Assembly: GCF_006345805.1 (NCBI RefSeq)
Contig: NC_043016.1
Coordinates: forward strand, 23,498,001-23,562,000
Reading direction: 5' to 3'
Source of the DNA: Octopus sinensis
Lineage: Eukaryota
Length of the DNA: 64,000 nucleotides
Shown here: positions 12,975 through 27,400 of the stretch, in pieces
Layout of the letters: every line of letters starts with the position of its first letter
How positions within the stretch are numbered: position 1 is the first letter of the stretch
The notes under the pieces: generated by a model
The model's input: only the letters and a program-made list of their open reading frames with translations
Database searches by the model: none
Told to the model about the DNA's origin: nothing
Made by a program: the position numbers and the translations under genes

Positions 12975-13626
12975 CAGTGGTTCTCAACCATTTTCAACCT
13001 ATGAACCCATGGCTGGCTTAAGACCCATAGAGGCCCTAAGCACTTAAAAGATTTTGGTGCCTCCATATAGATGTAATTGAAAATATAAACAATAATAAAC
13101 CATAAAATAAATTTTACTAACAGTAAAATGGAAAATAATGTTTATAATTTTATACTTCCATTTTATTTATATTTGGAAAGTTTTCTCCTTTTTTTTAGCT
13201 GAAAAGCCTTTGATCAAATCCCCACTATGACACCATGTACGCTTTGAAATTATATTTCCATTCATATAAACCACTTTGAATGTTATTTTAGCAAGTTTAA
13301 AGTGATTTCTTTTGTGCTATAAACCATTTACCATTTTTGTGGTGCTCCCCTTCCCTTGATGGTCTAAGCACGTACATATTTTGCTTAATGGTTAATTCAA
13401 TGCTCTATGGACCCCTTTAGTTCTTATTTTACTGGGTGAACCCATTCAATGTTTAAAAAATCCTATTTTATTCTTATAATCAAATTTTAGGAATTGTATG
13501 AAATAGAGTGTTAAAATATTTTGTGTATTGTAAAAGAAGAATAACCAGTTTATTGCACATGAATCTTAATGACAAAATCTTATATGGACTCCTAAAGGCC
13601 ATATGAACCCTGGTTGAGAACCTCTG
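12975..13626. mobile_element. hAT-type non-autonomous element
   Basis: Terminal inverted repeats cagtggttctcaacc ... ggttgagaacctctg (Charlie-like). The 8-bp TSD is not conserved. Confidence 0.65.
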
Positions 13627-13867
13627 GTAGAGGCTCTTTTGTTGTGTTGTGTAGTGCAATGTACTATATCCTATTTGACCACTAACACACTGTGTGTGGT
13701 CTGTGTTGACCAGATGAAGTATAGTGGTGTTTATTTTTAATTTGAAGGCCGACAGATTATAGTTCACACTTAGAATGGAACCATATAGACTTAATAGGGC
13801 AACAAGTATATTGAGTGTATTCTCTTCAGTCATTCACCTACTCTCTCTCTCTCTCTCTCTCTCTCTC

Positions 13868-13967
13868 NNNNNNNNNNNNNNNNNNNNNNNNNNNNNNNNN
13901 NNNNNNNNNNNNNNNNNNNNNNNNNNNNNNNNNNNNNNNNNNNNNNNNNNNNNNNNNNNNNNNNNNN
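13868..13967. other. Assembly gap (exactly 100 N)
   Basis: 100 Ns directly after a (CT)n run. A fixed size suggests a gap of unknown length, so adjacency of the flanks is not guaranteed. Confidence 0.95.
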
Positions 13968-14480
13968 GTATGTATATTATATATATATTCATCATCGTCA
14001 TTAATATCTGCTTTCTATGCTGGCATGGGTTGGACCACAGCATATATCATATATTGCAGGCTTCTACACAGTTTAATTTTGCATCTACCAGATTTTTACC
14101 TTCAAAATATTGGCCGACTTGGAGTTACAGTAGAAGACACTTTTTCAAATCTGGCTTTTAGTGAAATGAAACCCAGAATCACATGGCCATGCAATGCGAA
14201 GTAAAGCAAATTTCTTGATATCATCATCATCCTCATTACCCTCATAATTTTGTAAATGGCCACTTTCCATGCTGGAATGTATTGGACTGAGATCATCCCA
14301 GACCAAGTCAGTTCCATTTGAAGGTATTGTCTTCTTAGGTGGATTAGAAGACTCGAACATTACTTTTAGTGCCCCATTGATTTAAGGTGCAATATAATTG
14401 AATAATTCTTTGTTGAAGGATATCTTATAAATTCTTCAGTTAATACTGCAGATAATGTTTTTTATATTGTTAATATTATC

Positions 14481-15194
14481 AAGATGGTGAGCTGGCAGAA
14501 TTGTCAGTACACTGTACAAAAATGCGTTGCAGCAGTTTTATCTGTCTTTACGTTCTGATTTCAAATTCCACCGAACTTGACTTTGCTTTTCATCCTTTTT
14601 GGGGTATTATAAAATAAGTAACAGTCAAATACTGGGGTTAGTGAAATTGACGAGCTCCCCCCACCCAAATTTTAGACTACGTGCCTATTGTAGAAAGGAT
14701 TATTATCATCATCATCATCGTCATTATTATTATTATTATTAAGATGGCGAGTTGGCAGAATCATTAGCACACTGGAAAAATGCTTAGTGGCATTTTGTCT
14801 GTCTTTACGTTCTGAGTTAAAATCCCCCCATGGTCAACTTTGCTTTTCATCCTTTTGGGATTGATAAATTAAGTACCAGTGAAACACTGGGGTTGATGTA
14901 ATCGACTGGTCTCCTCCCACAAAATTTCAGGTCCCATGTCTTTTAGTTGAAAGGATTATTATTATTATTATTATTATTTAAGATGGCAAGCTGGCAGAAT
15001 CATTAACATGCTAGGCAAAAAATACTTAGCGGTATTTCGTCTGTCTTCATGCTCTGAGTTGAGATACCACCGAAGTTGACTTTGCCTTTCATCCTTCTGG
15101 GGTTGATAAAATAAATACCAGTTACACACTGGGATCGATAAAATCAACTAGCCCCACCCCTAATATTTCAGGCCTTGTGCCTTCAAGAGAAAGG

Positions 15195-15235
<41 letters not shown>

Positions 15236-15240
15236 CATTA
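14481..15240 (+). mobile_element. Three head-to-tail family C SINEs separated by (ATT/ATC)n
   Basis: Heads aagatgg..agctggcagaa at 14481, 14741 and 14980, each followed by a tail ending gaaaggattattatt. Confidence 0.85.
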
Positions 15241-15871
15241 TTTGTGGAATTTCTGCTCTTTCATTGAATTTTCTGCTTGAGTGAGATTTTCCACTATTTA
15301 GATTCAACTATAAAAGTTTGGGAGTTTCCAAAGTTTATGATAGATTGTATGATGCTTTTTAATTTACATTCTTTGAAGATTTTCCTAAATTTGCCCTGAT
15401 ATTTCAAGAGATTATCAACCAAATATGGTGATGGGTGGAGTTATGCATGAAAAAAAAGATACAGATGATGATGATGATAAGGAATCAGAGTTTACCTTCA
15501 AGGTAAGATGTCCGAGAAGATGTATAGAAGAGTGTTGTGGCAGAAGACTCAGGTAGAATAGATAAAGGTTGCAATAGTGGTGGAGGAGAGTAAGTGAGGA
15601 ATAGAAATGGGTGGTGGCAGTTAAAGGTAAGTAGTGGATGAAGGTAGTCAGTGGTAAATAATAGGGTCTGATGGGAGCAGGGTTTGATAGTAAGAATGAA
15701 TGAAGGATGTCAGTAGGAAGTATGTGTGTTTTATGTATGTATGTATGTGTATGTATGTATGTATATATGTATGTATGTATGTGTATGTATGTATGTATAT
15801 AACCAAGAAAAAAGCAACAAGAATATGTATATATATATGTATATATGTATGTATATATATATATACACGTG

Positions 15872-16085
15872 TGAGGGGTGTTGAAAAGTTCCTGGCTTTA
15901 AGGATATCACGAAAGGCCTGGCTGGAAGCCCAACCTTCCAAGTCCTTTTACAGGACTTAGAAAAACTGAAGGACTGCTGCAATATGTATGTGAATCTGAG
16001 AGGAGAATATGTTGAAAAATATTATTAACTGATCTGCCTGCATTTTCTTTTACCCAAAAGCCAGGAACTTTTCAGTACCCTCTCA
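15872..16085 (+). mobile_element. Mariner deletion-derivative MITE
   Basis: TIRs tgaggggtgttgaaaagttcctggcttt / aaagccaggaacttttcagtaccctctca. Internal GLEKLKDCCNMYVNLRGEYVEK* resembles a mariner transposase C-terminus. Confidence 0.8.
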
Positions 16086-17538
16086 TGTATATATATATAT
16101 GTATATGATCCAGGGTGTTCAAGAACTTGGCTCAACACTTATTTTTTTTTTAACACAGAAGGAATCTCAGTATTTTAAGACTTCCTAATATAGATTATAA
16201 GATTAATATCAGTCATGCTAATGTGGCAGATTATTTGCTAAACTCTCTATCAAATACGTATATATATGTATGTTTATTTTAGTGTGTGTATACATATGTT
16301 TATTTAGGTAGATTTTTTTCGATATGCTGATATGATGAGGCAAACTTGATAATATCTCAAGATGGAAATATTATTAAGGAATGTAGCAAAAACTCTCCTA
16401 AATAAATACAAATTCTCAGCTCTTTAACACTTTGAATCCTTTATTTTAATAGTGGGTAACTAGTTCAGGAAATAAAACTTTAAAATACAAATGTGTGTGT
16501 GATGTATTCCTTTCCTTGGTGAGGAATTGACTTGCGTGATAAGTTCTGTGTTTTTGTGACAGAATTACTTGTCTTACTTTGGGAATTTTATACATCTTTT
16601 CTTCTCTCTCTCTTTTCCCATACACATAATATATATATAATTATTATTATTATTATTATTATGTTAAAATAGTTTGATTTGGGCTCCATGTAACTTAAAG
16701 TTTTGTAGGCTCATTATAGGAACCTAACACATAGGGATATATATATATAATAAAAGGAATGGTTTACACCTAGTAGCTTACTGGTAAAGCATGGTCACTT
16801 TCAGAGTGATCGTTAGGTATATAACAAATGAAAAACAGAAGAGGGAATATACGAGGATTTATTAATAATCATGATAATTATTTCAAAACATATAGCATCG
16901 ATTCCTCATGGGTGAGATACTCAACAACTAGTTCAGGAGCATCTGACGGTACAGATGGGCTGGGGTTGATTATGTGAAGCTGGTGAAGGAAACAGCCATA
17001 AATTCATGTTATTTGTCAGGTCTTCGCAGTCACAACATATCTCCAGAGGTAGCAGTGTATGTACACCTTGTAAGTAAACACATATACACACACACACACA
17101 CATATCAGCCTGGCATGATCTTTTTCTCTTGGCTCAACTGCTGACCACAAAGCATCTCTGATATTTTTGTCTCTTGACTTTTATCTCTGTTTCTGCCCCA
17201 AGGCTTTCACTATACATGCTAGCTCAACTTGATTTGTCCTTATTAGTCGAAAGACACCTGTTATTGTTTTGTTGTTTGTAATTGTAATTGTGTAACATGT
17301 CCTCCGTTTTTTTGTCTTTGTTGTCATACACATTCACTTGCTTTCTCCCCCAAAATTTAATGCTCTTAGCTTAGATTTGAACAGTCTCAAGTGAAACTGC
17401 CCAAAACTGTAAGGATAATTTGAGACTTGACTGATGAGAGGAGGATGTGAATGACCTGTCCTTGTTTTTTCCAGTCCATCTTCACATCGCCCATCTGTTT
17501 GGTTGTTTTATTTTCATCTATTGCGTTCTTGTTCCATT

Positions 17539-17572
<34 letters not shown>

Positions 17573-17749
17573 GTGTATGTATATGCTGAAAAGATAAGTA
17601 CTTTCAAATAGTCTCACATCATTCTACAAATAGTTTATAACCCAATAAAAAGTATCTTTGCAATCAACCAATCATCATAGAGTTAATGATCAAGCGTTAA
17701 TGTAGATATGTACTGTGTGTGTATAAGCTCCTTCTGATGGCTCATGGAA

Positions 17750-18900
17750 AATAAGGACTTTAGTGAACTGCATGCTTTTTGAATTTCATAAGGGTAAAAA
17801 TGCAACATGTGTGGGGGAAACATAGGAACTGTATATTTGGATGGTGTGTGTTGTCAGAAATATCAAAGGTGGTTTAACAAATTAAAAGATGGAAATTTCC
17901 ATCTTTTGGATGAGTATTGATCAGCAAGACCAACTGTTCTCAGTAATGAAGCAGTGAAAACAGCCATTGAAGAGGATCTGCATCAAAGCATTGGGGACTT
18001 ATCCCATTGGCCTATTAAACTTTGGTCCACTGTACAAGATTAATCTCAAGTAGATTGAGAAATTCTATAGAGAAGGAAAGTAGGTACATCATGAACTCTC
18101 CTCTGAGAATAATGCAGTGCATTCAACAAGTTACCAATTTCATGCTGATCTGAACTCATTACATGAAATGCAATATTGCATTTTCATACCTCCCAATATA
18201 TATAATTATATAAGCAGGAAACAATCCAAATAGACTTTGTATTCATCAGAAAATAAAATAGACAGATGGTTTATGAATAATAAATCTCTGAAGAATGTAT
18301 CCTCTGACATAGACTAATGGTTAAAGACTTCTGGGTCCATCTATCTGGAGATGTTGAAAGAGCTAACAGCCATATGTGATTTCAGAGAAGTTCTAATTAG
18401 CTTATGATAAGAAAACAGAGTGGGGATAGAAAATTATAACAGAGGAATGCTGGAAGGTTCTATGGGACAACTTACTGAGAACAATATATCAAATTTGTGA
18501 CTGTGCAAAGTGGCAAAAAAAAGAGAGTGATATGAGGGTGGAATAAATTTGTAGACAGAGCCAGAAATAGTAAACAAATCTGGAAAGACTGGAAGAAATG
18601 AAATAGCAAAAAGAAATAACAAGTAGAGAAACTAGACGTCAGGTGCACTTAGCTAGAGAAGAAGGCAAAAGCAAGAAGCTTGCCATTGTTTGTAATGTAA
18701 AAGGACTAGAAGTATGAGGCATTCTGGACCGCAAGGTAGTGTGTGAGAAAAAAAATTGAGACATCATTGAAGAAAAGTGTTCTTTCAAAGACTGATAACA
18801 AAAAGGAATAGAAATATTTTTATGCCAGTTATTAGATAAGGAGAATATATGGGAGAAAGAGGAGGTGGGGCGATACACTGTAAACCCAACAAAGGGACCA
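17750..18900 (+). mobile_element. Old, highly diverged RTE fragment (endonuclease/linker region)
   Basis: SEECIL*HRLMVKD resembles PGEEC..QHRLVVSD. LLDKENIWE resembles LLNVENEWE of the RTE at 24.4 kb. Confidence 0.55.
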
Positions 18901-19009
18901 GTCATGCAGTATAGTAGTTTAAAATGAGTTCATCATGAGAAATATTTACCTACTCCTTTTCTAGATATTGAGCATGGACATTTCCAAGATGTCTTCTCTC
19001 CTACTTGCT

Positions 19010-19310
19010 AAATTTATTTAGAAGGCTCTCAATTCTTAGTTTTGTGTCTGTACCTGAATTTCTTTTCCAATTCTACAGATTCAGCTATAAGAACTAGGTT
19101 GTCAACATATAAGAATTCCCGTGGGCAACTGGTTATAAAGACTTCTATTATGGCTTGGAGAATTATAATGAACAGCAGAGGGATGAGGATTGAGCCCAGA
19201 TGAAACCCTACATGAATGCTAGGTTCATTGCTGAATTCACTGACTTTCACATTGTTGATTGCACCACTGTACATAGTTTGTACAGCTCTCACTAACACTT
19301 TTCCTCCTAG
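19010..19310 (-). mobile_element. RTE reverse-transcriptase fragment
   Basis: ORF 19029-19298: VGFHLGSILIPLLFIIILQAI..CPREFLYVDNLVLIAES (RT QGS..SP and YADD motifs, degenerate). Confidence 0.85.
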
Positions 19311-19408
19311 CTCTGCAGATGACAGTGTAAGACGCTATCAAATCCTTCTCTGGATTTATTAAAAATTAATAATACACATATTTGTGTGTGTGTTCTCTCT
19401 CTCTCTCC

Positions 19409-19451
<43 letters not shown>

Positions 19452-19644
19452 TATGCATATAGATATACACGCATATATATATATATATATAGATATATGC
19501 ATATAGATATACACATATATATATGCATATATATAGATATATGCATATAGATATACACACACACATATGTATATATGCATATATATATATACACACACAC
19601 ATATATATGCATATATCTATATATACACACACACACATAGTAAA

Positions 19645-19965
19645 GGCACATGGCTCAGTGGTTAGAGTGTCAAGCTTACAAAGGTGAGGTTGTGAGTTCG
19701 AATCTTGGACCGGGCTGCATGTTGTGTTCTTGAGCAAGACACTTTATTTCACTTTGCTCCAGTTCACTCAGCTGTAGAAATGATTTGTGACATCACAGGT
19801 GCCAAGCTATATCAGCCTTTTTGCCTTTCCCTTGGATAACACTGGTGGCGTGGAGAGGGGAGGGTGGTGTGCATGGGCGAATTCTGGTCTTGCCCGGACT
19901 TGTGCCTGGGAGGGTAACTTTCTAGGTGCAATCCCATGGTCAGTCATGACCAAAGGGGGTTTCAG
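19645..19965 (+). mobile_element. SINE family B
   Basis: Homologous to 10524-10847; B-box gagttcgaatc. Confidence 0.85.
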
Positions 19966-20149
19966 CATATATATATATATATATATATGTGTATATATGC
20001 ATATATATATTAAAATAGAAAATGAAAATGAAAAAGCGAAACATTTGGAATCACTCGATAAACATTTAACTTAAATAAAAGGATAAACATAGTGCAGAAT
20101 AATTATAATAAAACAATGAAGTCAGTCTCCTACAGCTGCGTCTAGTATA

Positions 20150-21950
20150 ACCAAACATGTGGATCATGGTATTGAGTAAGAATTCTACATAAGCTAGATA
20201 TTCCATCACTGGAGAGTGAGAGAAATAAGATATAGAAATAAAGAATATCCCCAATCAAGGATATTTTCAGCTTGTCGAGAAATGAAGGAAAGATCAGAAT
20301 GAAAAGTATATGTGTTTGGTATATCAAATGTATATACTTTTCAGGGCATGCTGGTTTCATTTTCTTTGTAGCCTTTGCAAGTTTTTTTTGCATTGTAGAG
20401 TCCATGTCTCATTACATTGCGTCATAGCATTTCTAATGCAATAGCTAGCATATCCTTCACTATCTGGGAAAAGCTCTCTGTTGCCAGCAGAGGCACTCTG
20501 AAATTTTTTCCAGCTTGTTCTTGCCTCAGAGCTATGTTTTCTGAACAACCACCTCCACAGCTGATTATATCACCTAGATAACAGAAACCATCTCCTACTT
20601 CTAGAGAGCCAGCTGACCATTTAAGAGACTCTATTTCTGATGTTCTCTCAATACTGATTTCCCCAGTGCATCTGCCACGTATTAAGCTTCTGTTAGTCTG
20701 CCTGTAATTCCACTACATCTCTTGTGCATCCATTGCTTACACTGTGTACAGCAGTACAACATATGCAATCCCTACCAACTCCCTTACTGTACATTGAACA
20801 AAGCCATTTCCCTGGCAGTATGGAGGTCCTGTCTTCTTTTCTACTTACCAAGACTTTAGTCTTAGCTAAGATGTCTCTCGAGTGTATGTTTTTGTTTCCA
20901 TATCTGGAATTCCTTCTTTAATTCTCTCATAAAATCTGCTATAAGCGGTAGAACATCAGCATATTGTGGTTCCTGCAGATAGCGGGTCTTTAACTCCTCT
21001 TCAGTGGCCTGAAGGTTTGTGCTGAACAGGAGTGGGCTGAAGACTTAACCTTGCTGAATCTCAACCTTGAAGCTAAATTCATCTCCAAACTCATTACTGA
21101 TTGCACCTGTGTATATAGTTTGTACAATTCTTACAAGCCATTCATCCACACCTAGTTTCTTCGGTGATCACCAGATTATTGAGCATAACAGCCTGTCAAT
21201 GAATGACCCTCTTTCATCAATAAATATAGCAGTTTATTCTTAACTAAGAATTTCTTTTGCAGATGCCTTGCTTGGTAAATGGCATCTGTGGGGCCTTTTC
21301 CTAGCATAAAGCCAAACTGCATTTCATCTCAGTCATAGAACATTTGATCAGAAACAGAATTAGTTATTTCTGTCAACTTCAAAACCTGGTCCAACAATCT
21401 GATGCCTTTGTAATTTCCTCTCTTTAAAGCATCTCCTTTCCCCTTTGCAGCAGTTTGCGATGGTATGGCTACACCATTGATTGGATAGGACACCTTCTTG
21501 TATTTGAGAGACTAGCATATATTCTACCGCACCAGATATTTTAAGCATCTCCATAACTATTCCTGATGGACCAGCAGTTTCCGCTACCCTCATATCTTTA
21601 ATTGCTCTATCTACTATACAGCTGTCAGTTGGAATTGTCGGTCCTTCTGCTGGATCCACATGAAGTAGATCCTCTTTATCCCTTGCATTCTTTTTTATTC
21701 AACATCTAATAGCAGCTCTTCTATGTTTCTGTCTTATCATCAGCACTTGGTACAAATGTGCTTCTATTATTCCGGATAATACTCCTCCCCAATGATGTTT
21801 TAGGTTTCTGTGGCACACATTCTTGCAGTCTGGAACACCTCATACCTCTGATTCTCATGCTGCAGAACATTTGCAAATCTTTACTGCTTCTCTCCAAGCT
21901 AAATGTCTGCTGCCAAGGTTCTCATCTAGACATATGCAGCACAAAATATT
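20150..21950 (-). mobile_element. Fragmented RTE LINE (linker, RT and C-terminal pieces)
   Basis: Minus-strand translations VDRAIKDMRVAETAGPSGIVMEMLKISG and SWKKFQ..CNETWTLQCKKNLQRL match the RTE at 24.4-27.9 kb. Confidence 0.8.
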
Positions 21951-22022
21951 GCTTTACACTTTCCTTATTGTGTCTTTTATAAATATATGTGTGTAATATC
22001 TACCTATATATAATTACAATTG

Positions 22023-22069
<47 letters not shown>

Positions 22070-22485
22070 ATATATAATAATACATGCACACACAGTCAAG
22101 TAAAATAATATTTTGAGTATCATATTAAAAAAATGTCAGAAATTATGATGACTAAATGATATTTATATTATTGTTGTGATTATAATCAGTTTTAGGAGAA
22201 TTTCTGAAAACAGAAGAAACACAAGACCCACAATCTGGCTTCAATAAGACATCTGGTTGTTTTCACTTGATAACAATCTCAAATGCTGTCTTCCTTCTTG
22301 TCTTTCTTTCTTTCTTTCTTTTCTTTTCTTTTCTTTTCTTTCTAATTCATTTTTCTTTTTGCTTTCTTTTTGTTTGTTGTCTTTTGCTTTCTTTCATTCT
22401 TTCTTTTTTTTTCCATATGGTGAATGAAATAACTGAAAGTTATGAATGTGGTAAATGTGTTAAAAATTTACGAAAGGGGATAATG

Positions 22486-22522
<37 letters not shown>

Positions 22523-22919
22523 CCTTGTTCACAGTGTGAGTTGTTATGGTTGTTTAACTCTAGGTCAGTCGTGATACAGCAGACCTATTCTTGAAAACAA
22601 AATATTCTGGCACTGACCACCCTTGTCTTTTATTCTGAGACAGTGTATCTAAGGCTACATCAGATAATGTGGTCTGGTCTTCTTTCCTTCCTTTTCACTA
22701 TCTAACAAAGAATAATGTTCAAAGCATTATAGCTATTTACTTACTCTTTCTCTTCTCTCAAGTATCAAACTAACAACTTTGTGAACTTAACCTGTTTTTA
22801 TGGGGATTTTTTTTTTGTTTTTTTACTTTTTAGTTTGTTTTTTTTCTTCCTTGTTGTTGCTTAGACAAAGGCAACCCTAATCCAAAAGAACTGTGGTGAA
22901 TTGTTGTCCAACTAGATGT

Positions 22920-23365
22920 GACTGTGTATTAAGAAGCTTGCTTCCCAGCCACATGGTTCCAGTTCTGTCCCATTGTGTAGTACCTTGGGCAAGTGTCTTC
23001 TGCTACAGCCTCACAAAGCCTTGTGAGCAGATTTGGTAGATAGAAATTGAAAGAAGCCATAAGCACCGTCCGAATCGTGGCCGATGCCAGTGCCGCCTCG
23101 ACTGGCTTCCGTGCTGGTGGCACATAAAATGCACCAATCCGATCGTGACCATTGCCAGCCTTGCCTGGCACCTGTGCAGGTGGCACGTAAAACGCACCCA
23201 CTACACTCACGGAGTGGTTGGCGTTAGGAAGGGCATCAAGCTGTAGAAACACTGCCAGATCAGACTGGAGCCTGGTGCAGCCTTCTGGCTTCCCAGATCC
23301 CCGGTCGAACCGTCCAGCCCATGCTAGCATGGAGAACGGATGTTAAACGATGATATGATGATGAT

Positions 23366-23397
<32 letters not shown>

Positions 23398-23885
23398 GTA
23401 TATATGCATATATATATATTGCCATTGAAACATGGAGTAGTTGAAACAGGGACAATTGAAGAGGGGAATATCTTTATGTTGCATGTCTTGTTTGTTTGTT
23501 TGTTTTTTTTGTTGTTCCAAAAAATGTTTGTTTCTATGTTTTTGTTTTTATGATTTCATTTCTCATTGTGTTCAACATTTTTTTGATATCCTGTACCCAT
23601 ATATGCATGTATATATGCATATATGTAGGTGTGTACATATATGTATATATATATGCATATAGTTATATATTATTTATATATATATATATATATATATATC
23701 TGTTTTTGTGTTTCTTTTTCCTTTCACCACTTGACAAACGGTGTTAGTGTGTTTACATCCCTATAATTTTGCAGTTCAGCAAAAGAAAAGCAAGTACTGG
23801 CATTGATACATTCTGCTAAAATTCTTCAAAGCAGGATCCCAGCATGGCCACAGTCTAATGACTGAAACAAGTAAAAGATAAAAGA
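22920..23885 (+). mobile_element. Family A SINE split by a 5'-truncated RTE 3' end (23060-23352) and an AT microsatellite
   Basis: The SINE head ends ..gaaagaagcc, the RTE UTR/tail follows, and the SINE tail resumes at ~23700. Confidence 0.7.
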
Positions 23886-24281
23886 TTGCATTGTGTATTA
23901 TTATCTAATGCTCAGAAGTATCACCAATCAACATGGTTCTTTGTCATCTCCATTGCGAGATCCAGCATATTTCCTAAGTTGGCCTTCACCACTTTGACCC
24001 ATGTCTTCCTCAGTCTACTTCTTTCATGGGCTTCGCAAACTTGGAGCACATGGCACGTCTTTATTTGTTGTTGTTTTTGTTGTATTTTTAGCCCTTTGTC
24101 AGCCTTGATCTGGCTTAAAAAATTAGCAAACCATGTCCAGCTGTGACCATGCTGCTTTTTATTCTAAGGAATCTAGGACTACATTATCCAACATGTGACA
24201 TGGATAAAATTTCAAACATGTTGAGTAATCATTTAAAAGATCCATCATTGAAATGACAAATACGAATCATGTACACACACA

Positions 24282-24333
<52 letters not shown>

Positions 24334-24415
24334 GCAGCAATTGATGGTAGGTTAAAGTAAGAACAACTGATGTAACATGTCTGTTATCAAATGATCACTG
24401 AAATCTTCTTTTCAG

Positions 24416-27400
24416 GTGCTGAATACCATCACTCGTTCCCATGTTCCCTCACACATCCCTTTCCCAGTTTTCAGAGTTGGCACTGTCAAGGTAGGCACAT
24501 TGAAATGTAGGTCTAGCTAGATTGTTAAATGCTCGAACGGTGACATGTTGAAGTATGCTGTATCAAAGAGGTAAGGTGAAGAGGAGCTTCAGGTTCCTCA
24601 CAGGCAAGACACATAGGTATAAAATCTTCTAGGAAGGTAACAGTGATGGGGTAGGTGGTGTGGGCATACTTCTTGTTGAGAAATGGGTGGATAAGGCCAC
24701 AGGTAGTCAGAATATGTGATAGAGTGCTTAAGCTCAAGCTAGTCTTGCAGAATAGTATAGTGACAATCATCTCTGCCTACGCCCTACAAACAGGTCTGCT
24801 AAATGAACAGAAGGACCACTTTTATATCTTCTGCAGGCTACCTCAAAGAGGAGTGACAATGATCTCATCTGTGTGGCTGGGAATTTCAATGGGCATGTTG
24901 GACAGCAGACTGGTATCTTCCATGTGGGTCATGGAAATGGTCCCCCAAAAGGAAGAGGGAACAAGGTTACTGGAGTTCTGTAATGCAAGTAACATATTGA
25001 TCTGCAACACCAACTTCTGGAAGCCAGCCAGCCACCTGATAACCTACCAGTCAGGTGACTGTGCTAGCCAGCTCGATTACATTCTCACCAGACAGCGGGA
25101 TGCATAGTTGCTCTTAAATACAAAGACCCTCCCCGGTGAAGAATATACCCCCAGCATAGACTAGTCATTAGTGATTTTAGATTTCAGGCCTGAAGGATAT
25201 CAAGAAGCAGACCAATCTGGAAAAGAAGGATATGGAAGTTTAAAGACCCTTCATATGGTCAGAGATTTAGGGACATCCTAATTGGGAAATTTGATGAGAA
25301 GGAGGAGGAGCTACAGACTTGTGACATAGGGGGCAACTGAGAATTCCTGTGGACAGCCACAGACCAAATCTGCAGCAGGTGCAAAGTTCCATCCAGGCCT
25401 AGAGTAACGTGGTGGGGAAATGATGCAGTAGACAGGGCCATTAGAGCAAAGAAACAGGCCTGCAAGAGTGGGGGTAACAGGGAACTGTATCAGATAGCCA
25501 GAAGGGAAGCTAGGAGACTGGTATAGCTAGACAAGGGAGAAGCAGAAAAGAAAATGCTTGCCTACGTTCAGCGACGTGAGGACCAAAGAATTGAAGTGTT
25601 TCAGATTGCAAGACGGTGTGTGAGAGAAAATCATGATGCCATAGGAGAGAAATGTGTTTGCATAGATGAGGGAGCATTTGCATTTAATGATTCTGCAAAG
25701 ACAGAGGCTCGGAGATGCCATTATGAAAGACTACTGAATTTAGAAAACAAATGGGAGGAGGAGAGTCTGCCAAATGTTGACCAATTGAGGGACCAGCTAC
25801 CTGAATTGACAGTTCTTTGGTAGATAAAGCAATTAAAGATATGAAGATAAGGAAAACCCCTGGCCCATCAGGAATCACTGCTGAGATGCTTAAAATATGC
25901 AGTGTGGGTTATGGTCTAGTCACCTGTATTGTAAATCAGGTGGTTCACAGTCCTATTCAGTGACTGGTGTAGCAGTACCATAGTCAACTGCTACAAAGGT
26001 AAAGGTGATGTCTTAGAAATAATTACAGAGCTATCAAATTGTTGGATCAGGTGATGAAAGTTATGGAGAAAGTCATGGTCCAACTAATAGGAGGAGAATT
26101 AGTTCAGATGAGATGCAGTTTGGTTATGTGCCATGGAGAAACATCACAAATGCTATATTTCTGCAGGAGCTGCAGGAGAAATACATAGCCAAAGATAAAC
26201 TTTAGTACTTAGCTTTTGTTGACTTGGAGAAAGCCTTTGACAAGGTCCCCCAAACTCTTATCTGGTGGTCAATGCAGAAAGTTGGGATAGATGAGTTGTT
26301 GGTGAGAACTGTACAAGTTAGGTACATGGATGCTACAAGTAAGGTGAGGGTTGGCAATGAGTACGGCAAAAAATTCAGGGTAAAAGTCGGGGTTCACTAA
26401 GGATCGATACTCAGCCCCATCTTGTTCATCATAGTCTTCTAGGCAATAACAGAGGAATTTAAATCAGGCTGCCCCTGAGAGCTCCTCTATGGCTGATGAC
26501 CTTGCTCTTATTGCTGAATCACTACCAGAACTAGGGAAGAAGTTCCAGGTATGGAAACAAAGTCTAGAAATGAAAGGCTTTAGAGTTAATTTAGCAAAAA
26601 TAAAAGTCTTAGTAAGTAGGAAGGCAGACAAATCACAAGTCCCTTCAGGTAGATATCCTTGCTCAATCTGTAGAAAAGGCATTGGTAGAAACTCCATAAG
26701 ATGCACCCAATTTAAGCTTTGAACATATTAAAGGTGCAGCAATATAAGAGGAAGGTTAACAGAGAAACTAGCTTTTGTGTGTGGAAGACGCACAGGTACA
26801 ATAAATGCTGAAAATGAGCAGAAAATAGGCTCCAACTGCCAGGGAAGCAAGCTAGAGATAATAGATAGTTTCTGTTATCTAGGTGACCAAGTTAGTAGAG
26901 GAGAATGCTCTGAGAGAATAGCTGTGAGAATAAGATTAGACTGGGAAAAGTTCAGAGAGCTCCTACCTCAGCTGGCAATGATAAGTCTCTCTCTCTCAGA
27001 ATGAAAGGCAGATTGTATGATGCCTATGTGCAAACAGTCATGCTACATGGATTGTGACAGCTGAGGACATGTGTAGGCTTGAAAGAAATGATGTCAGTAT
27101 GCTTCACTGGATGTACAAAATCATTGTGCATGTTCGACAGAGTGTAAACATCTTGAGAGAAAAGTTAGGCATAAGAGGTATCAGATGTGGTGTGCAAGAG
27201 GGACAACTGTGCTGGCATGTGATCTGTATGGATGAGGACAGCTGTGTAAAGAAGTGTCGATCTCTGCGGAGGGAACTTGTGGAAGAGGTAGGCTCAGGAA
27301 GACATGGGATGAAGTGGTGAAGCATGATCTTCGAACTTTGAGTTTCACAGAGACAATGCCTAGTAACCGAGACTTTTGGCAATATGCTGTGCCTCGGAAG

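Noticed and set aside
13775-14204. ORFs spanning the N run
   Set aside because: Artefacts of translating the 100-N gap.
10524-19720. tRNA-like sequences at 10524 and 19645 (A and B boxes)
   Set aside because: No acceptor stem or complete cloverleaf; they continue into SINE bodies.
24416-24490. Exon-like 75-nt segment with a good acceptor and AAG|GTAGGC donor
   Set aside because: Its translation runs straight into the RTE endonuclease start (RVGTVKVGTLK); it is the LINE's own 5' ORF.
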